The notes: generated from the letters alone by a model not told the origin. A stretch of DNA of 64,000 nt from Acidimicrobiales bacterium (GCA_041687805.1 JBDNJK010000084.1:2965-66964), one strand, 5' to 3'; shown: positions 48,333 to 58,765, counted from the stretch's first letter. Numbers and translations are program-made.

Positions 48333-50591
48333 TCACTGCCTCGACATCTCGGCGCGCATCTCAGCCTCTCGAGCTTCGGCGTCGCGGCGTGACAGGAGAG
48401 CGATCTCAACTTTGTGGAGCTGGCCCGCGAATCGAAACGGGCTGTCGTACTCCTGGCTGACCGGTGAGCCGGCGTCGTAGCCAACGCTGGTTCCCACCGA
48501 CGAGATGGTGCCCATCAACCAGGGGATCTTTCCGGTGGCAACGACATCGCCGTCGACCGAGAGCGAAACTGAAGCGCTGCGGTCGTTTTGGCGCAGAACT
48601 TCGACGCGGACTGTTTTCACGTCGGACGAGAGTTGCGAGGGCGATTTCACGATCGTGTGGTCATCGAAGGCGTTGTAGTCGAACACCAGATGATCCTGCT
48701 TCACGAACAGCGAGATGCCCGAATTCTGGGTGCCGGTGGCGTAGAGAACACCGTCATCCCCGGGTTGCCAAGTGACTTCCGCGGTCATGTTGAAGCTGCG
48801 GCCACCGATGGGCGCACCGGCTTGTGCGGGCATTGGAGCCATGGGTGGGCGGTAGACGTAACGACGATCGACCGGATGTGGTGAGTTGGGCCGGAATCTG
48901 GTGCCGAACAACTCCACGAGTCGATCGTCGAGAGGCAACACGCCGTGACGGTCGGCTTCGTCCCACCAGAGTTCGATCAACTCGGCCAGCTTCTCGGGAT
49001 TGACGTCGGCCAGATCGTTGCACTCCGACGGGTCGACATCCACGTGGTAGAGCTCCCACTTGTCGTTCTCAAAATCGGTGCCGCTTTCGTGACGAGTGAC
49101 AGCCTTCCAACCGTCGTGCCACATGCCCCGATGCCCGACCATCTCGAAATACTGCGACTCCTTACGGGTGGGCTCGTCGGCCCCCTCGAAGGTGTATCCA
49201 AATGAAGTGCCGGTCACCGGCATCTGTTCGAGCCCACGAAACACCGTCGGCGCTTCCACGTCGAGCAGCTCGTAGACGGTGGCCACCACGTCGTTCACAT
49301 GATGGAACTGACTACGCAGTCCACCGGCCTCGGCGATTCCGTCGGGCCAATGGACGATCAGGGGAACATGCACACCGCCCTCGTGGGTATTTTGTTTGTA
49401 CCACTTGAACGGCGTGTTGCCGGCCTGCGCCCAACCCCACGGATAATTGGAATGGCTGTGAGGTCCGCCAATCTCGTCGAGGTGCTTCACCGCTTCATCG
49501 GGTGTCTCCAGAATCCCGTTGAAGAACTTCATCTCGTGGAGGACCCCAAACGGTCCGCCCTCCTGGCTGGCGCCGTTGTCGCCGAGCACTGTGATGATCG
49601 TGTTGTCGAGTTGGCCCATCTCTCGCAGCGAGTCGACGAGCCGGCCGATCTGGTCGTCGGTGTGGTCGAGAAACGCGGCGAATGCCTCTTGCAGACGGGC
49701 GGCCAACAGGCGTTGGTTCTCGGCCATGTCATCCCACGCGTCGACGCCCGGGTTGCGAGGCGACAGAGCGGTGTCGGCCGGCAACAGACCCATCTCGATC
49801 TGACGGGCGAACCACTGCTCGCGTGTCACGTCCCAACCCTGATCGAACATGCCCCGGTATTTGACAAGGTACTCAGAAGGGGCCTGGTGAGGTGCGTGCG
49901 TGGCGCCGAATGCGCAATACAGAAAAAACGGCCGATCGGGCCTGACTCCTCTGGAATCGTGGATGAACTCGATGGCCTTGTCGACGAGGTCCTCGCTCAC
50001 GTGGTAGCCATCGGCCGGGCTGGCCGGTGGATCAACCATGTGGTTGTCGTAGGTGAGCGACGGGCTGAACTGGTCGGTCTCACCGTCGAGAAAGCCGTAG
50101 AATCGGTCGAAGCCGCGCTGTAGAGGCCACTGGCCCATCGGCCCGGCCGCCGAACACTGCTCCATCGGAGCCAGGTGCCATTTGCCCACAGCGAGAGTCG
50201 CATAACCCTCGGCTTGGAGAACCTCGGCAACGGTGGCCGCATGATTGGAGATGTGTCCGGTCATGTGGGGAAAACCGGTGTTGAAATTCGATACGGCGCG
50301 CATCCCGACCGAGTGGTGGTTGCGGCCTGTGAGCAGCGCGGCGCGAGTAGGTGAACACAACGGTGTCACATGGAAGTTGGTGTAACGCAGCCCTCCGCTG
50401 GCCAGGGCATCGATATTGAGTGTGTCGATATTCGATCCGTAACACCCGAGCTGAGAGAAGCCGAGGTCGTCGAGCAACACGATCACCACGTTGGGTTTGT
50501 CGACCCCGGGATGAGGCAACTCCTCGAACGACGGCTCTGAATCGGCGAGCGTTCGACCGATCTTGCCTGCAAAGTTTCCGAACTGAGTCAC
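48333..50591 (-). CDS. Arylsulfatase (Cys-type)
   Basis: LLDDLG, CSPTRAALLTG, GKWH and DNGAS.EGG motifs; GGAGG RBS before GTG 50591. Confidence 0.92.
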   Translation of the reverse strand: MTQFGNFAGKIGRTLADSEPSFEELPHPGVDKPNVVIVLLDDLGFSQLGCYGSNIDTLNIDALASGGLRYTNFHVTPLCSPTRAALLTGRNHHSVGMRAVSNFNTGFPHMTGHISNHAATVAEVLQAEGYATLAVGKWHLAPMEQCSAAGPMGQWPLQRGFDRFYGFLDGETDQFSPSLTYDNHMVDPPASPADGYHVSEDLVDKAIEFIHDSRGVRPDRPFFLYCAFGATHAPHQAPSEYLVKYRGMFDQGWDVTREQWFARQIEMGLLPADTALSPRNPGVDAWDDMAENQRLLAARLQEAFAAFLDHTDDQIGRLVDSLREMGQLDNTIITVLGDNGASQEGGPFGVLHEMKFFNGILETPDEAVKHLDEIGGPHSHSNYPWGWAQAGNTPFKWYKQNTHEGGVHVPLIVHWPDGIAEAGGLRSQFHHVNDVVATVYELLDVEAPTVFRGLEQMPVTGTSFGYTFEGADEPTRKESQYFEMVGHRGMWHDGWKAVTRHESGTDFENDKWELYHVDVDPSECNDLADVNPEKLAELIELWWDEADRHGVLPLDDRLVELFGTRFRPNSPHPVDRRYVYRPPMAPMPAQAGAPIGGRSFNMTAEVTWQPGDDGVLYATGTQNSGISLFVKQDHLVFDYNAFDDHTIVKSPSQLSSDVKTVRVEVLRQNDRSASVSLSVDGDVVATGKIPWLMGTISSVGTSVGYDAGSPVSQEYDSPFRFAGQLHKVEIALLSRRDAEAREAEMRAEMSRQ

Positions 50592-50670
50592 ATGACCTCC
50601 AACCCAACTGGCCGTTTTCGTCACGGCCGGGCATGCTGACCCTACGCAACCCCGAGCGACGAGGTGAAAT

Positions 50671-51711
50671 GTGAAGATCTCGATGGCCATCAACTACATG
50701 GGCGACCCTGTAGCCGCCGCGGCTGAGGCCCATGATCTCGAAAGTGCAGGCGTTGATGTTGGCTGGGTGGCCGAGCTCTACAGCTTTGATGCTGTGAGCA
50801 TCCTCGGGTATCTCGCCGCCAAGACCGACACCATGGAACTCGGTTCAGGAATCTTCCCGGTCTACTCCCGCACGCCAACCCTCACCGCCATGACCGCGGC
50901 CGGTCTCGACGCAGTGTCGGGTGGACGATTCATCCTCGGACTTGGCGCTTCAGGGCCTCAGGTCATCGAAGGTTGGCACGGCGTGCCTTACGACCGTCCG
51001 CTGGGTCGTCAGCGCGAGATCATCGACATTTGCCGCAAGGTATGGCGTCGTGAAAAGGTCGTTCATCACGGCCCCAGCTACGACCTGCCGTTGCCGGAAG
51101 ACCAGGGCACGGGCCTCGGCAAACCTCTAAAGCTGATCAACCATCCCGTTCGTGAAGCAATCCCGATCTACATCGCATCGCTCGGGCCCAAGAACGTCGC
51201 GATGACAGCCGAACTGGCCGACGGTTGGCTGCCGGTCTTCTACCATCCAGAGAAGGCCGCCGATGTCTGGGGTGACGCCATCGCCGCCGGCAACGCCAAA
51301 CGTGACGCCTCGCTACCGCCGATGGAAATTGTTGCCGGCGGCACGTTGGCCATCACCAACGACGCCGAGGAAGCCCGCACGATTCGCGATCAGGGTCGCT
51401 TCTTCACCGCTCTCTACGTGGGTGGCATGGGCGCCAAGGGCAAAAACTTCTACAACAACATCTTCCGCAAATACGGCTACGAAGATGCTGCCGCCACCAT
51501 CCAAGATCTTTTCCTGTCGGGAAAGAAGGAAGAGGCAATGGCTGCTGTACCGCAGGAATTCCTCGACTCCACTGCGCTGGTTGGCGACGAAGGCTGGGTA
51601 CGCGAAAGGGTCGAGGCCTACCGCTCTTCGGGAGTCACCCACCTCTCGGTTCAGCCAGTGGGCGCCAACGGGCTGGAACTAATCGAGAAGGTGAAGGGCT
51701 GGATCAGCTGA
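50671..51711 (+). CDS. LLM-class (probable F420-dependent) oxidoreductase
   Basis: WVAE.Y.FD, SGGRF.LGLG.SGPQVIEGWHG and ADGW.P motifs. Confidence 0.88.
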   Translation: MKISMAINYMGDPVAAAAEAHDLESAGVDVGWVAELYSFDAVSILGYLAAKTDTMELGSGIFPVYSRTPTLTAMTAAGLDAVSGGRFILGLGASGPQVIEGWHGVPYDRPLGRQREIIDICRKVWRREKVVHHGPSYDLPLPEDQGTGLGKPLKLINHPVREAIPIYIASLGPKNVAMTAELADGWLPVFYHPEKAADVWGDAIAAGNAKRDASLPPMEIVAGGTLAITNDAEEARTIRDQGRFFTALYVGGMGAKGKNFYNNIFRKYGYEDAAATIQDLFLSGKKEEAMAAVPQEFLDSTALVGDEGWVRERVEAYRSSGVTHLSVQPVGANGLELIEKVKGWIS

Positions 51712-51720
51712 CTTAGCTGC

Positions 51721-52800
51721 TCAGTACTTGCCCATGATGGGTCGAAATTCAGCGTCGTCAGGGTTGATGAGGCTGAAATCCTTCTCGGTGAAGAGTCGAA
51801 CGCACGCGTCGACGATTGATGCTTGGTAGAGAGTGCCGCGATGCGAGGTGATCTCTTCCAGCGCGGCCTCGATACCCAGCGCCGGACGGTAGGGGCGATG
51901 CGAGCACATCGCTTCGACCACATCGGACACGCCGATAATCATGGCCTCTTCAGAAATGTCGCCGTCACGAAGCCCGTCGGGGTAGCCCGACCCGTCGAGA
52001 CGTTCATGATGGTGAAGAATCATTTCGCCCACAGGCCACGGGAACTCGATACTTTCCACGGTGTCGTAGCCGGCTCGTGGGTGCTGCTTCACCATGGCAA
52101 ATTCAACCTCGGTCAACTTCCCACTTCGATTCAGGATCTCGCCCGGGATGCCTGATCGGCCGATGTCGTGGAGCAAACCTCCGAAATAGATCCCCTCGAC
52201 ACGTTCGATGGGGTAGCCCAACTCTTCGGCTATGGCGCGACCTAGCTCTGCGACCCGGTTTTGGTGGCCTGCCATCAAACGATCACTCAGATCAACGCTG
52301 ATACTGAGCGCTCGCACTGTCCCGACGAGAATCTCTCTGAGATGAAGATCAGCTTCTTGAAGTTCTTCCCGTCTACGGACCGAATCCGTAATGTCGTGAA
52401 CCGAGCCGACCAAGTGGGTGCAGGTTCCGTCGGGGTCGAAGACGGGCGAAACAGCGACGTGGCCGATTCTCTCCTCGCCTGAATAGACCGACGATTCCTC
52501 CCACTCGACCGTCTCGCCGGTGGCGATCGCCTGGAGGTAATTGGCCCGAACCGTCTTGAGCGAGGGCGGAGGAATGACCTCATCGATGGTCTTCCCGACT
52601 ACCTGGGCCTCGCTCAGGCCGGTTGTGTTGAGGAATGGCTTGTTGACCGACAGGAATCGAAACACGCCATGAGGTTCGACGCCAATGTAAAAGAGGGCAT
52701 CACCGATCACATCGAAGATCAGAGGTATGTGTTGCCGGTGTTGATCTCGATCTTCAGCGGTGTCGGCACGCTTGGCGCGGCTCCTGCTGAACAAGGTCAT
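51721..52800 (-). CDS. PAS-HD-GYP phosphodiesterase
   Basis: PAS domain followed by AGHQ, HDIGR, HHERLDGSGYP and HRPYR. Confidence 0.88.
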   Translation of the reverse strand: MTLFSRSRAKRADTAEDRDQHRQHIPLIFDVIGDALFYIGVEPHGVFRFLSVNKPFLNTTGLSEAQVVGKTIDEVIPPPSLKTVRANYLQAIATGETVEWEESSVYSGEERIGHVAVSPVFDPDGTCTHLVGSVHDITDSVRRREELQEADLHLREILVGTVRALSISVDLSDRLMAGHQNRVAELGRAIAEELGYPIERVEGIYFGGLLHDIGRSGIPGEILNRSGKLTEVEFAMVKQHPRAGYDTVESIEFPWPVGEMILHHHERLDGSGYPDGLRDGDISEEAMIIGVSDVVEAMCSHRPYRPALGIEAALEEITSHRGTLYQASIVDACVRLFTEKDFSLINPDDAEFRPIMGKY

Positions 52801-52807
52801 ACATCAC

Positions 52808-52834
52808 CGATCGGCTAGCGAATGAACTACTTGA
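52808..52834 (-). promoter_or_regulatory. Putative sigma-28 promoter for a leaderless PAS-HD-GYP transcript
   Basis: TCAA-N15-GCCGATCG, with the ATG 9 nt after GCCGAT. Confidence 0.6.
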
Positions 52835-53324
52835 AGTTTACCGCAGGCAGTTGGCTGAGCGCGACCAGAGCCTGTTCTAGGTTCTTCTTCAGAAAGCGTT
52901 TGCCACCGGCCTTCAACAGCGCGTCGAAAACCGGGCTGGGATCGAAACCCATCGTGTAGGTGACCCGTGTTCTCTCGTCAGAAATGGCCTGAATCTCGAC
53001 CAACTCGTTGAGTGATCTGAAAGCGCCGATGGAAGCTTCGTAGACGGTGAAGCCCCAAGCTTTGCCGGGCTCCCACACGTTGAATTCCTCGTCGAGGCTT
53101 ATTCGTCGGTTGACGTGGACCCGGCGACGCGACCCCATGCCATCTCGCTGCTCGCCGAGTCGCTCCACTTTGTGAATGGCGCTAAACCACTCGGGCCACG
53201 ACTCATGGTCGCAGAGCGCATCGAAGACCTCGGTGGGGGTAGCCAGCATTTCGCGTGCTGCGCTCACCCTCACCGGGGCCCTCTGAATCCATTCCGGGGG
53301 CTGGGTTTTCACACTCTTGGCCAT
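52827..53324 (-). CDS. SRPBCC (polyketide cyclase/START-like) family protein
   Basis: P.EVF..L.D.E.WPEW, G.GS.R and WEPG motifs. Confidence 0.8.
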   Translation of the reverse strand: MAKSVKTQPPEWIQRAPVRVSAAREMLATPTEVFDALCDHESWPEWFSAIHKVERLGEQRDGMGSRRRVHVNRRISLDEEFNVWEPGKAWGFTVYEASIGAFRSLNELVEIQAISDERTRVTYTMGFDPSPVFDALLKAGGKRFLKKNLEQALVALSQLPAVNFK

Positions 53325-53366
53325 CTCTGTGCCTCCGGGCATCTACTGAATCAAACGGGCGCCGAA

Positions 53367-53951
53367 TCAGCCCGCGAAGTTGGCGGCCACGAACTCCCAG
53401 TTGATGAGATTCTCGATGAACGTGTCGACGTAGGCCGGACGGGCGTTCTGATAGTCGAGGTAGTAGGCGTGCTCCCACACGTCGATCGTGAGCAGCGGCA
53501 TCTGGCCATGCTTGATGGGGGTATCGGCATCGTCGGTCTTCACGATCGATAGGCCGTCGTCGCCCTTCACCAGCCAGGTCCAGCCAGACCCGAAGTTGCC
53601 GACCGCGCCGGCCTTGAACTGGCTCTTGAACTCGTCGGCCGAACCAAAGCTCGCGTTGATCGCTGCGCCAAAATCACCGGTTGGGTCGCCGCCACCACCG
53701 GGGGTCATGCACTTCCAGTAGAAGCTGTGGTTCCAGACCTGAGCGGCGTTGTTGAACAAGCCTCCAGGACCGGCCGCGGCGATGATCTCTTCGAGCGACG
53801 AATCAGCCTGAGCGGTGCCCTCGATGAGTCCGTTGAGGTTCTTCACATAACCGGCGTGGTGCTTGCCGTAGTGAAAGCCGATGGTTCGTTCGCTGATGTG
53901 GGGAGCGAGCGCGTTGTCGGCGTAGGGAAGAGCGGGAAGTTCGATGGCCAT
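53367..53951 (-). CDS. sodB: Superoxide dismutase, Fe-type signature
   Basis: LP.LPY...AL.P, HYGKHH, FNNAAQVWNH, FGSGW and DVWEHAYY motifs. Confidence 0.88.
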   Translation of the reverse strand: MAIELPALPYADNALAPHISERTIGFHYGKHHAGYVKNLNGLIEGTAQADSSLEEIIAAAGPGGLFNNAAQVWNHSFYWKCMTPGGGGDPTGDFGAAINASFGSADEFKSQFKAGAVGNFGSGWTWLVKGDDGLSIVKTDDADTPIKHGQMPLLTIDVWEHAYYLDYQNARPAYVDTFIENLINWEFVAANFAG

Positions 53952-54045
53952 GGTTTCTCCTGGAGTTTTGCTGTCTTGGATTCCGCGGAAAGACCAAACT
54001 AACGGGCGCGGCGAGGCAGCGCACTACGCCCTTGGTGTGAGGTGA

Positions 54046-54753
54046 TCAGCCGCCTGCGAGTGATGCGCGCCACCCGATCAAGAATTCGATCAGGTCGTGT
54101 TGCGTGAACCCAGGAGCTACCCCTATCAACACAACAACGTTTTCTGTCAGCGAAGCGAACCAGGTGCCTCCACTCAAGCCCTCTGTCGGAGGAGTCACGG
54201 TGGCGAGCATGACGGTGCGGCGGAGGTTGGGATCGTCGGCGCTTAACTCCGGATTCCAGCGACTGATTGCCTGGCGCAAATAGTTGCGGCCGTCATTGCT
54301 TGCTCCGGCAAATACGAATACGTCGGCGACTGGGGCTCCGTTGGGGCCGATCAATTCCCGAGCACGGAACGGTTGGGTGCTCTCAGCCCAATCGACGTTC
54401 ATCTCGCCAGCCGGGGTTGGAGTCGTGGCCGAACGGTACGGGCCGAAACTCCATGGAGTTGGCACGGCCGCGGTCGCGTTGTTGATCATCACCACATCGG
54501 CAGTGAAATCCACATCGCCGAGAAGTTCGCCGGTCACCACGCTCACGGCCTGGCTCTGCCAAGTGGCGAGGTTCTGCTGAACTGATCGCTCAATTCCGGC
54601 GACCGCCTGATCTTCGGCCCTGACTGGCGCTGATTCGGGAGTGGCGGTGATCAGATTCCAAGCAAACATCGCACTGGCGGCGGTGGCAGCCATGGTGATC
54701 ACGGCCACCATGACAATACGAATCGCCCTCCAAAGCGCGTGATCAGAGCCCAC
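54046..54753 (-). CDS. Hypothetical protein with an N-terminal TM helix
   Basis: Open 235-aa frame with a hydrophobic N-terminus; preceded by CTCAT-N16-GCCGATCG. Confidence 0.6.
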   Translation of the reverse strand: MGSDHALWRAIRIVMVAVITMAATAASAMFAWNLITATPESAPVRAEDQAVAGIERSVQQNLATWQSQAVSVVTGELLGDVDFTADVVMINNATAAVPTPWSFGPYRSATTPTPAGEMNVDWAESTQPFRARELIGPNGAPVADVFVFAGASNDGRNYLRQAISRWNPELSADDPNLRRTVMLATVTPPTEGLSGGTWFASLTENVVVLIGVAPGFTQHDLIEFLIGWRASLAGG

Positions 54754-54825
54754 CTGTCCCGATCGGCAAATGTCTACCGGATCATGAGGACAAGTTTCCG
54801 AATTTCACTCGACCCGAGCGGCGGG

Positions 54826-56175
54826 TCAGATCTGTTCGAAGTAGCGGCGCTTTTCCCAGTCGGTGACTGACTGGTCGAAGGCGTCGCATTCCTTGGCGAA
54901 GAACCAGCCGTAGTGATCGACAACCTCATCGCCGAGCAGGCGTCGGGCCTCGGTGCTGGCTGAGAACCGCTCACTGGCCTCACGAAGCGTCGATGGAACG
55001 GTGGGAACGTCGGCTGAGGTGTAGGCATCGCCGCTGAACTCGGCGGGCGGTTCGATCTTGTTGGCGATGCCATCAAGGCCGCTGGCCAGAGCTGCTGAAT
55101 AGGCGAGATAGGGGTTGACGTCGGCGCCAGGAATACGGCATTCGATTCGCAGGCTCGGGCCCGATCCAACGATACGAAACCCGGCGGTGCGATTGTCGGT
55201 CGACCACGCAATGCCGGTGGGTGCCCACGACTGCGATTGATAGCGCTTGTAGGAGTTGACCGTGGGCGCGTAGCACGGCATCAAATCGGGCGTGTGTCGC
55301 ATCCAGCCTCCGAGAAACCAACGAAACACGTCGCTTCGCCCGGCCTCTTCGGCGGAGCCGGCGAACACGTTGCCGTTGTCGTCCCACAAGCTGAGATGAA
55401 TGTGGCAACTGCTTCCCGGCTGGTCGGCGTGAGGCTTGGCCATGAACGTGACGCTCACCCCCTGCGAGTCGGCGAGCTCCTTCATGGCCTGCTTCATCAT
55501 CACGTGACGGTCGGCCATGTCGAGCACTTCGGAGTATCGAATGTTGAGTTCGTGCTGGCCTATGGCGGCCTCACCCTTGGAGTTCTCGACAGGAATGTCG
55601 GAGTCGCGCAACGCCCGTCGGGCCGCTCCCACATAGTCCTCAACGCGTGCCCCCTGAAGCAGGTGATAGTCCTCCACATACCAACCGGCGGCTTCGAGAT
55701 CTGTATAACCCTTGTCGTGGGCTTCGCGGTAGGTGTCGCGATACAAGAAAAACTCGAGCTCGGAAGCAGCCTTGGCCGTGAAGCCCGACGCCGCGGCGGC
55801 ATCGAGTTGGCGGCGCAGGATCGACCTCGGTGCGACGCCAACATTGGAATGTGAGCCGTCGTCGACCACATCACACAACACGATGACGGCGCGGTCGGTC
55901 CAGCCGCAGCGACGCATGGTGGACAGGTCGGGCACCATGTGGAAGTCGCCGAAGCCGCTCGACCAATTGGAGTAGGCGTAACCGTCGACCGGCGCCATGT
56001 CCATGTCGACAGTGAGTAGATAGTCGCAGGCGTGAGTGCCCTCTTGAATCGTGTCGAGAAAGAAGTCGGCGTCGGATCGTTTGCCCAGCAACCGGCCGTA
56101 ATGGTCGGTGAAGCCGAGGATCACAGTGTCGATCTCGCCCAACTCGACGGCTTGGCGTAGTTCTTCGGGAGTCAT
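54826..56175 (-). CDS. Glutamine synthetase-like gamma-glutamyl-amine ligase (GlnA4/PuuA-like)
   Basis: ASELEFF, E...GQHE, TFMAKP, GSSCH.H.S, NSYKR and RIECR.PG.D.NPYL motifs. Confidence 0.85.
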   Translation of the reverse strand: MTPEELRQAVELGEIDTVILGFTDHYGRLLGKRSDADFFLDTIQEGTHACDYLLTVDMDMAPVDGYAYSNWSSGFGDFHMVPDLSTMRRCGWTDRAVIVLCDVVDDGSHSNVGVAPRSILRRQLDAAAASGFTAKAASELEFFLYRDTYREAHDKGYTDLEAAGWYVEDYHLLQGARVEDYVGAARRALRDSDIPVENSKGEAAIGQHELNIRYSEVLDMADRHVMMKQAMKELADSQGVSVTFMAKPHADQPGSSCHIHLSLWDDNGNVFAGSAEEAGRSDVFRWFLGGWMRHTPDLMPCYAPTVNSYKRYQSQSWAPTGIAWSTDNRTAGFRIVGSGPSLRIECRIPGADVNPYLAYSAALASGLDGIANKIEPPAEFSGDAYTSADVPTVPSTLREASERFSASTEARRLLGDEVVDHYGWFFAKECDAFDQSVTDWEKRRYFEQI

Positions 56176-57365
56176 CGAATTGTCTTTCCGGAGGAGGCCG
56201 CGCCGACATTACCCGCGCACGCTGCGTCGAATACTCGAGTGGCGAACTCCAAGGTAAACTCGATCGGGTTACCGCCGGCCGATGGGTCGATCACTGCGGC
56301 TGCGGCAATCTGGGCGGTGGAGGCTGCATCGACCCCGAGTTCGACCAGCGTGTGGGGAACGTCCATCGACTCGCGCATGGCAAGCACGTGGGCCAGGAAG
56401 CCGTCGAAACCTCCAGCGAAACCGACGTAGCGGGCGAGTGACTCGATCACCGGCTCGATTGCTGACCGGTTGGCGGTGAGCACGTATGGCATCACCACCG
56501 CGTTGGTCATGCCGTGATGGGTATTGAACACGGCACCAATCGGATGGGCCAGCGCGTGCATCCCGCCGAGACCCTTTTGGAATGCCACGGCGCCCATGGC
56601 CGCAGCGGCCATCATGTGGCCGCGGGCCACGATGTCGGTGGGATCCTCCACCACCTTCGGCAGATTCTCGATGACCAAGCGAGCCCCTTCGAGGCCAATG
56701 CCATGCGACATCGGGTGATAGCTCGGAGCACACAACGCTTCGAGCGAATGTGACAACGCATCGATGCCGGTGCCCACCGTGAGCATTCGGGGGAGGCCGA
56801 CCGTGAGTTCCGGGTCGCAGATAACCGCCACCGGCAACATCTTGGGATGGAACACGATCACTTTGCGGTGAGTCGACTCGTCGATCACCACACCCGCTCG
56901 ACCGACCTCGCTGCCGGTGCCGGCCGTTGTGGGCACGGCGATCACGGGAGCGATCGCATCGGCATCGGCACGGGTCCAGTTGTCGCCGATGTCCTCGAAA
57001 TCCCACACCGGACGGGTCTGGCCGACCATCAACGCGATGGTTTTGCCGACATCGAGAGCGGAGCCACCGCCGACCGCGATCACGCCGTCGTGCCCGCCCT
57101 CTCGATACATCTCAACCCCAGCGGTCACGTTGGCCTCGACCGGGTTGGGCTTCACCTCGCTGAACAGGCCGTGCGCTACACCCGCGGCGGTCAGCACCGC
57201 ACGGATGTCGACAATCGCGGGCAGTTCGACCATGCCGGGGTCGGTCACGATCAGCGGACGCTTGATCGGCACTCCGGCACACACCTCGGCCAGTTCTGAA
57301 ATGCGACCGGCGCCGAAACGGATCGGAGTGGGATAGCCCCAATTGGCAATGGGAGCAGTGGTCAT
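56172..57365 (-). CDS. Iron-containing alcohol dehydrogenase
   Basis: GGGS.LD.GK, PTTAGTGSE, DAL.H and H.LAH...HHG motifs. Confidence 0.92.
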   Translation of the reverse strand: MTTAPIANWGYPTPIRFGAGRISELAEVCAGVPIKRPLIVTDPGMVELPAIVDIRAVLTAAGVAHGLFSEVKPNPVEANVTAGVEMYREGGHDGVIAVGGGSALDVGKTIALMVGQTRPVWDFEDIGDNWTRADADAIAPVIAVPTTAGTGSEVGRAGVVIDESTHRKVIVFHPKMLPVAVICDPELTVGLPRMLTVGTGIDALSHSLEALCAPSYHPMSHGIGLEGARLVIENLPKVVEDPTDIVARGHMMAAAAMGAVAFQKGLGGMHALAHPIGAVFNTHHGMTNAVVMPYVLTANRSAIEPVIESLARYVGFAGGFDGFLAHVLAMRESMDVPHTLVELGVDAASTAQIAAAAVIDPSAGGNPIEFTLEFATRVFDAACAGNVGAASSGKTIR

Positions 57366-58765
57366 GATTGACCTCCGGTTGGGTCGAGTCGAAGATGGTA
57401 CGACTTGACGCGAGTGAGCATTCCGTAGCCGAGCGACGAGAGCGTGATGCCTTTGCCGGTGTCTTTCACACCGGTCCAGGCGAGCGATGGATCGAGGTAG
57501 TCGGCTCGGTTCATGAACACGGTGCCGGTCTGCAGGCGTGCGCCGATGGAACGAACGGCGTCAGCGTCGGCCGTCCAGATCGAGGCAGACAATCCGTAGA
57601 CGCTGTCGTTCATCATCTCGACCGCCTCGTCATCTGAGTCGACCGGCATTACACCGACAATCGGCCCGAACGTCTCTTGCGTCATCACCGACATTTGGTG
57701 GTCGACATCAACGAGGATCTCAGGAGAGAGGTAAGGCGAACCTTGGCTGTCGGCCCAATCACCGGTTTCGCCCACAAGGCACCGTGCCCCGGCGGCCGTG
57801 GCATCGCCGAGTTGGCGACGCACGTTGTCGGCAGCGTGGCCCGACACCATTGGTCCGATGGTGGTTGTGGCGTCGGTCGGGTCTCCCAACGTGAGGGCCC
57901 GGCCCTCGGCCACCATGGCATCGACGAACTCGGTGTAGATCGGGCGTGCCACGTAGACCCGTTCGATTCCGCAGCACGACTGGCCGGAATTGAAGAAGGC
58001 GCCGTCGGCCACGTTGGCGGCAGCAAATGCGATATTCGCGTCGGCGCGAACGTAGGCCGGGTCCTTGCCCCCCAACTCGAGCCCGACATCGGTGAAGCTG
58101 CCGGCAGCGGCGCGCTCGATGGTGCGACCACCCTCCACCGAGCCTGTGAAGTTCACCCGGTCGAACCGTTTGTCGGCGAGCGCCCGCCCGACCTGATCGT
58201 GGCTGAGGACCAGGTTGGTGAACACCCCGGACGGGATCCCGGCCGCGTCGGCGGCCTGCTGAAGACGCTCGCCGACCACAAGTGTCTGGCTCGCGTGTTT
58301 CAGGACCACGGCATTGCCGGCCATCAATGCCGGGACGATCGAGTTGACGGCCGTGAGGAGCGGATAATTCCACGGGGCAATCACCAAGACAAGCCCGAGC
58401 GGCTCGCGGGAAATCCAGCGGTCGAACCCGTCGAGAGGGTCGCTCACCACAGGAGCGAGGCTCGATTCGGCGATAGAGATCATGTGATGGCCACGCTCGG
58501 CGAAGCCCTGGAGTTCGCCGGCACCGAACTTCACGGGCCGGCCCATCTGCCAAGCCAACTCGGTCACGATCTCGTCGTTCATGTCAGTGAGCGCGTTCAC
58601 TAACGCTGTGCACGCGACAGCACGCTCGGCAATGGTCGCTGCTGCCCAACTCTGCTGAGCGGCGCGGGCCGACACCAATGCGGCATCGAAGTTCGAGTCG
58701 GTGCAAACGGCGCGTGTGGTCCAGATCGATCCGTCTACGGGGGTGGTGATCGAGACTTCAGTCAT
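57362..58765 (-). CDS. Aldehyde dehydrogenase
   Basis: PWNYP, FTGS, LELGGKD, NSGQSC and ETFGP motifs. Confidence 0.93.
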   Translation of the reverse strand: MTEVSITTPVDGSIWTTRAVCTDSNFDAALVSARAAQQSWAAATIAERAVACTALVNALTDMNDEIVTELAWQMGRPVKFGAGELQGFAERGHHMISIAESSLAPVVSDPLDGFDRWISREPLGLVLVIAPWNYPLLTAVNSIVPALMAGNAVVLKHASQTLVVGERLQQAADAAGIPSGVFTNLVLSHDQVGRALADKRFDRVNFTGSVEGGRTIERAAAGSFTDVGLELGGKDPAYVRADANIAFAAANVADGAFFNSGQSCCGIERVYVARPIYTEFVDAMVAEGRALTLGDPTDATTTIGPMVSGHAADNVRRQLGDATAAGARCLVGETGDWADSQGSPYLSPEILVDVDHQMSVMTQETFGPIVGVMPVDSDDEAVEMMNDSVYGLSASIWTADADAVRSIGARLQTGTVFMNRADYLDPSLAWTGVKDTGKGITLSSLGYGMLTRVKSYHLRLDPTGGQS

